This document shows positions 61,711 to 64,000 of a stretch of 64,000 bases of DNA, in pieces. The position numbers and the translations under genes were made by a program. Source of the DNA: Lingula anatina (Eukaryota; Animalia; Brachiopoda); assembly GCA_051362555.1 (NCBI GenBank), contig CM120644.1:18870534-18934533 (forward strand). Reading direction: 5' to 3'. Below the pieces are notes generated by a model. The model ran no database searches and was not told the DNA's origin. It worked only from the letters and a program-made list of their open reading frames with translations. Each line of letters starts with the position of its first letter. Position 1 is the first letter of the stretch.

Positions 61711-62500
61711 TCTCTGTTGTACTACTTTCAATATCTTTGCAATATGACTTATAAGGCTAATTGCTTTAAATTCAATGTTGGACTTTTGGTTGCTTCGGAA
61801 TGGTTATAAATATTGAGTTCTTCATTTCTGTTGGACTTATATAGGTACTTCATTGGCATTGGCACTACACTGTCACTCCACGGGGACTCTCGCTGAGTGC
61901 AATCAGGGATTCTTGCTGAATGCCATCAGATCAACAGATTAACACTCCTCTCGTTTTCAACGTACTCGAGTACTTACCCGATTCTCTGTATTCTGCTCAA
62001 CGTCAGGGGAAGTGTTAATCTGTTAATCTGATTGTATTCAGCAAGAATCCCCGTGGAGTGAGTTCGAACTAGCAAGCTCATTGTGAACACACCCTTTGTC
62101 TTATTTTCAAACATAGAATTTGAAAATCACAACATAGTGAATTCTAGAAATGATATTCAAACAATATTTTATTCTCTGTAGTTCTATGCTCATCATCAAT
62201 TAAAAACCTAGGTCTTGGATCCAACATAATCCCCTTGATCACAACCTAAAATATATAAGCATTGCCCTCAATAATTGTTGACACGTGTGTTTGAATTTAT
62301 ACAGGCAACCCTATAGGCTACCGAGGGCACGTTGTCTCTATAATTACACGCCTGATGGACGCAGCAGTTGCCATTACGTTATATACAAGGTCCTAGTAGA
62401 CAACGAGAGGGTCCGAGTAGACAACGAGTTGGTCCGAGGAGACAATGAGTGGGTGAGCATAGAAGCGGGTTGCGTGGCCGCGCCAAGGATTCCCTGGTAG
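59977..62500 (+). CDS. Divergent IL-17-like cystine-knot cytokine, ~129 aa
   Basis: Exons 59977-59982 (ATGAAA|GTAAGA, inferred), 61213-61400, 62305-62500. Signal peptide MKGLYLFAVLVVAVAIA. IL-17 motifs: YCPWYMIYDEKPGRQPYRLPRARC...CHYVIYKVLV...EWVSIEAGCVA. AU-rich 3' UTR with ATTTA motifs. Confidence 0.7.
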
Positions 62501-63602
62501 ACGTAATGACGGATGTCCAGGCGTTTAAGGCCAAAGTTGTAGGTCAACTGGAATCTGAGTTTGTGGGATATATTCTGGAATCCGAAGATCGTGTGAAAAA
62601 AAGGAACAACTACAACAACGACTGAATGTAATGAGTGTGTTTCTCTTGCAGATTAAAATTGAAAAAACTTCATATGATAGTGCCTGGTATTTACCTTGCA
62701 AATTCCGCCTTATTGCGGCAACTTTACGAGGCATAATTCATTTCTTAATCATATTTTGAATTTGTATAATTTTTGATGAAATCTTTGATTTATCTAATGT
62801 CAATTTTTAACAACGCACTCTATTATCATACATTTATTTGAAATGATTTTAATATCTTAGTTTATATACTGTTATAATATTAATAATAACATATTAATAA
62901 ATACTTATTCATGTATTTACTACAATTATTACTATTGCCAAAAGGTGCCATGAAAATTGAAAATTACAGATGACAAAAATTGTCTTCCTAAATGTTACTG
63001 GTTGAAAGACTTATAATTCCTCCTTATGCTGCTTATCATAAAAAGATAACCGAGGCCAGCGTTTTTGAGAAATAAATTTAAAAAGATGGCAGCCCCATTG
63101 AATTTGGATTTTACATTGGATACAGCAAAGGTCATCACAGATGCACGATTTCCCACATAATATCTCTTAATGTTATTTTTATCGTAGATTTACATGTTAA
63201 CTTAATTACTTGTGTCACTTAACCTACAAGTCATATTATGTAACATCTATTTCATGCCCAGTGTAACATCCAACAGTCAGTACCTCTGCTCATTTTCATA
63301 AAAATGCAACAATGACAAATACACTGTATATTGAGAGAATCTGACTAGTTTTATTTTATTGCATATTTTCAACAATTTGAATTGAAATTTAACTGATTAA
63401 CACATAGTTGAGGTAAATAACATAATGTAAATAAAATGTTTTCAAATAAGGGAGAGCAAAAATAATACGTATCATATTACTACAGTTACTGACAAGGCAA
63501 CCAGATGATGTCGTTTGTTGAGTGGATTGTTCCTTGTTATCAGCAATTTTTGCTTGTTTCTTTGTCGGAGATAAAAAAAAATCAAACCAGTTAAAAAATT
63601 AT

Positions 63603-63672
63603 TGCATCGGCCGGGAATCGAACCCGGCCGCCCGCGTGGCAGGCGAGCATTCTACCACTGAACCACCGATGC
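63603..63672 (-). tRNA. tRNA-Gly (GCC) with a 1-nt deletion at the variable loop/T-stem junction
   Basis: 70 nt; the plus strand reads aacccggccg instead of aacccgggccg; otherwise identical. Confidence 0.8.
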
Positions 63673-64000
63673 TTGATGTCTCACTTCCTGCCCCCCCCCC
63701 CCCCCCCCTCATCCCGCCTCTCCCCCCATCCCCTTCAAACCGCAGTGTTCAACGGTTGTCAAAGCCTGGGTCCGGTTGGGCAACACTTTGAATATATCAC
63801 AAGATATTAAAGACTGAGTAACCAATGTTTCTTTTATTGTAACTATTAATAAACATATTTATTTCCGTGGAATGCAGTGATTTACATAATCACAGGTAGT
63901 CCTATCTCTGCCATGGCCACTCATAGATGTGCGTGATGACAATGATAACTGACACAGGTATTCTTGTTACGCGTTCAGTGTATTTTGAACACGGAACATG

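Noticed and set aside
53259-63672. tRNA copies as SINE heads
   Set aside because: Two are perfect full-length tRNAs with terminators, and shared sequence extends 5' of the tRNA, which fits DNA-level duplication.

Overview
AT-rich, intron-containing invertebrate animal genomic DNA, not prokaryotic; no CRISPR or operon. The taxon cannot be fixed from the sequence. Splicing exons by hand (GT-AG, phase-consistent) gives seven protein-coding genes, most missed or fragmented by the ORF track. All encode secreted or type II membrane proteins with defence-type folds: (1) a 26-exon, ~1,534-aa mosaic (signal peptide, 6 chitin-binding CBM14, 12 EGF, 2 CCP, 5 anaphylatoxin-like ANATO, TIL, 2 WAP-like; 469-26273 +); (2) a type II BRICHOS precursor with a furin site, two amphipathic helices and an 8-Cys tail (27038-29633 -); (3,4) two stand-alone single-ANATO secreted peptides (34143-35146 -, 37720-38559 -); (5,6) two paralogous 73-aa precursors of Lys-rich, Cys-free amphipathic helical peptides (41067-42098 -, 44032-45107 -); (7) a divergent IL-17-like cytokine (59977-62500 +). 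Three tRNA-Gly(GCC) copies lie in duplicated blocks. The rest is MITEs/non-autonomous DNA transposons, two decayed LINEs, a satellite-filled intronic element and microsatellites. Main hypothesis (inference): a compact innate-defence/mucosal effector cluster containing two small-peptide families I do not recognise. Domain calls are by eye from motifs; no searches were run.
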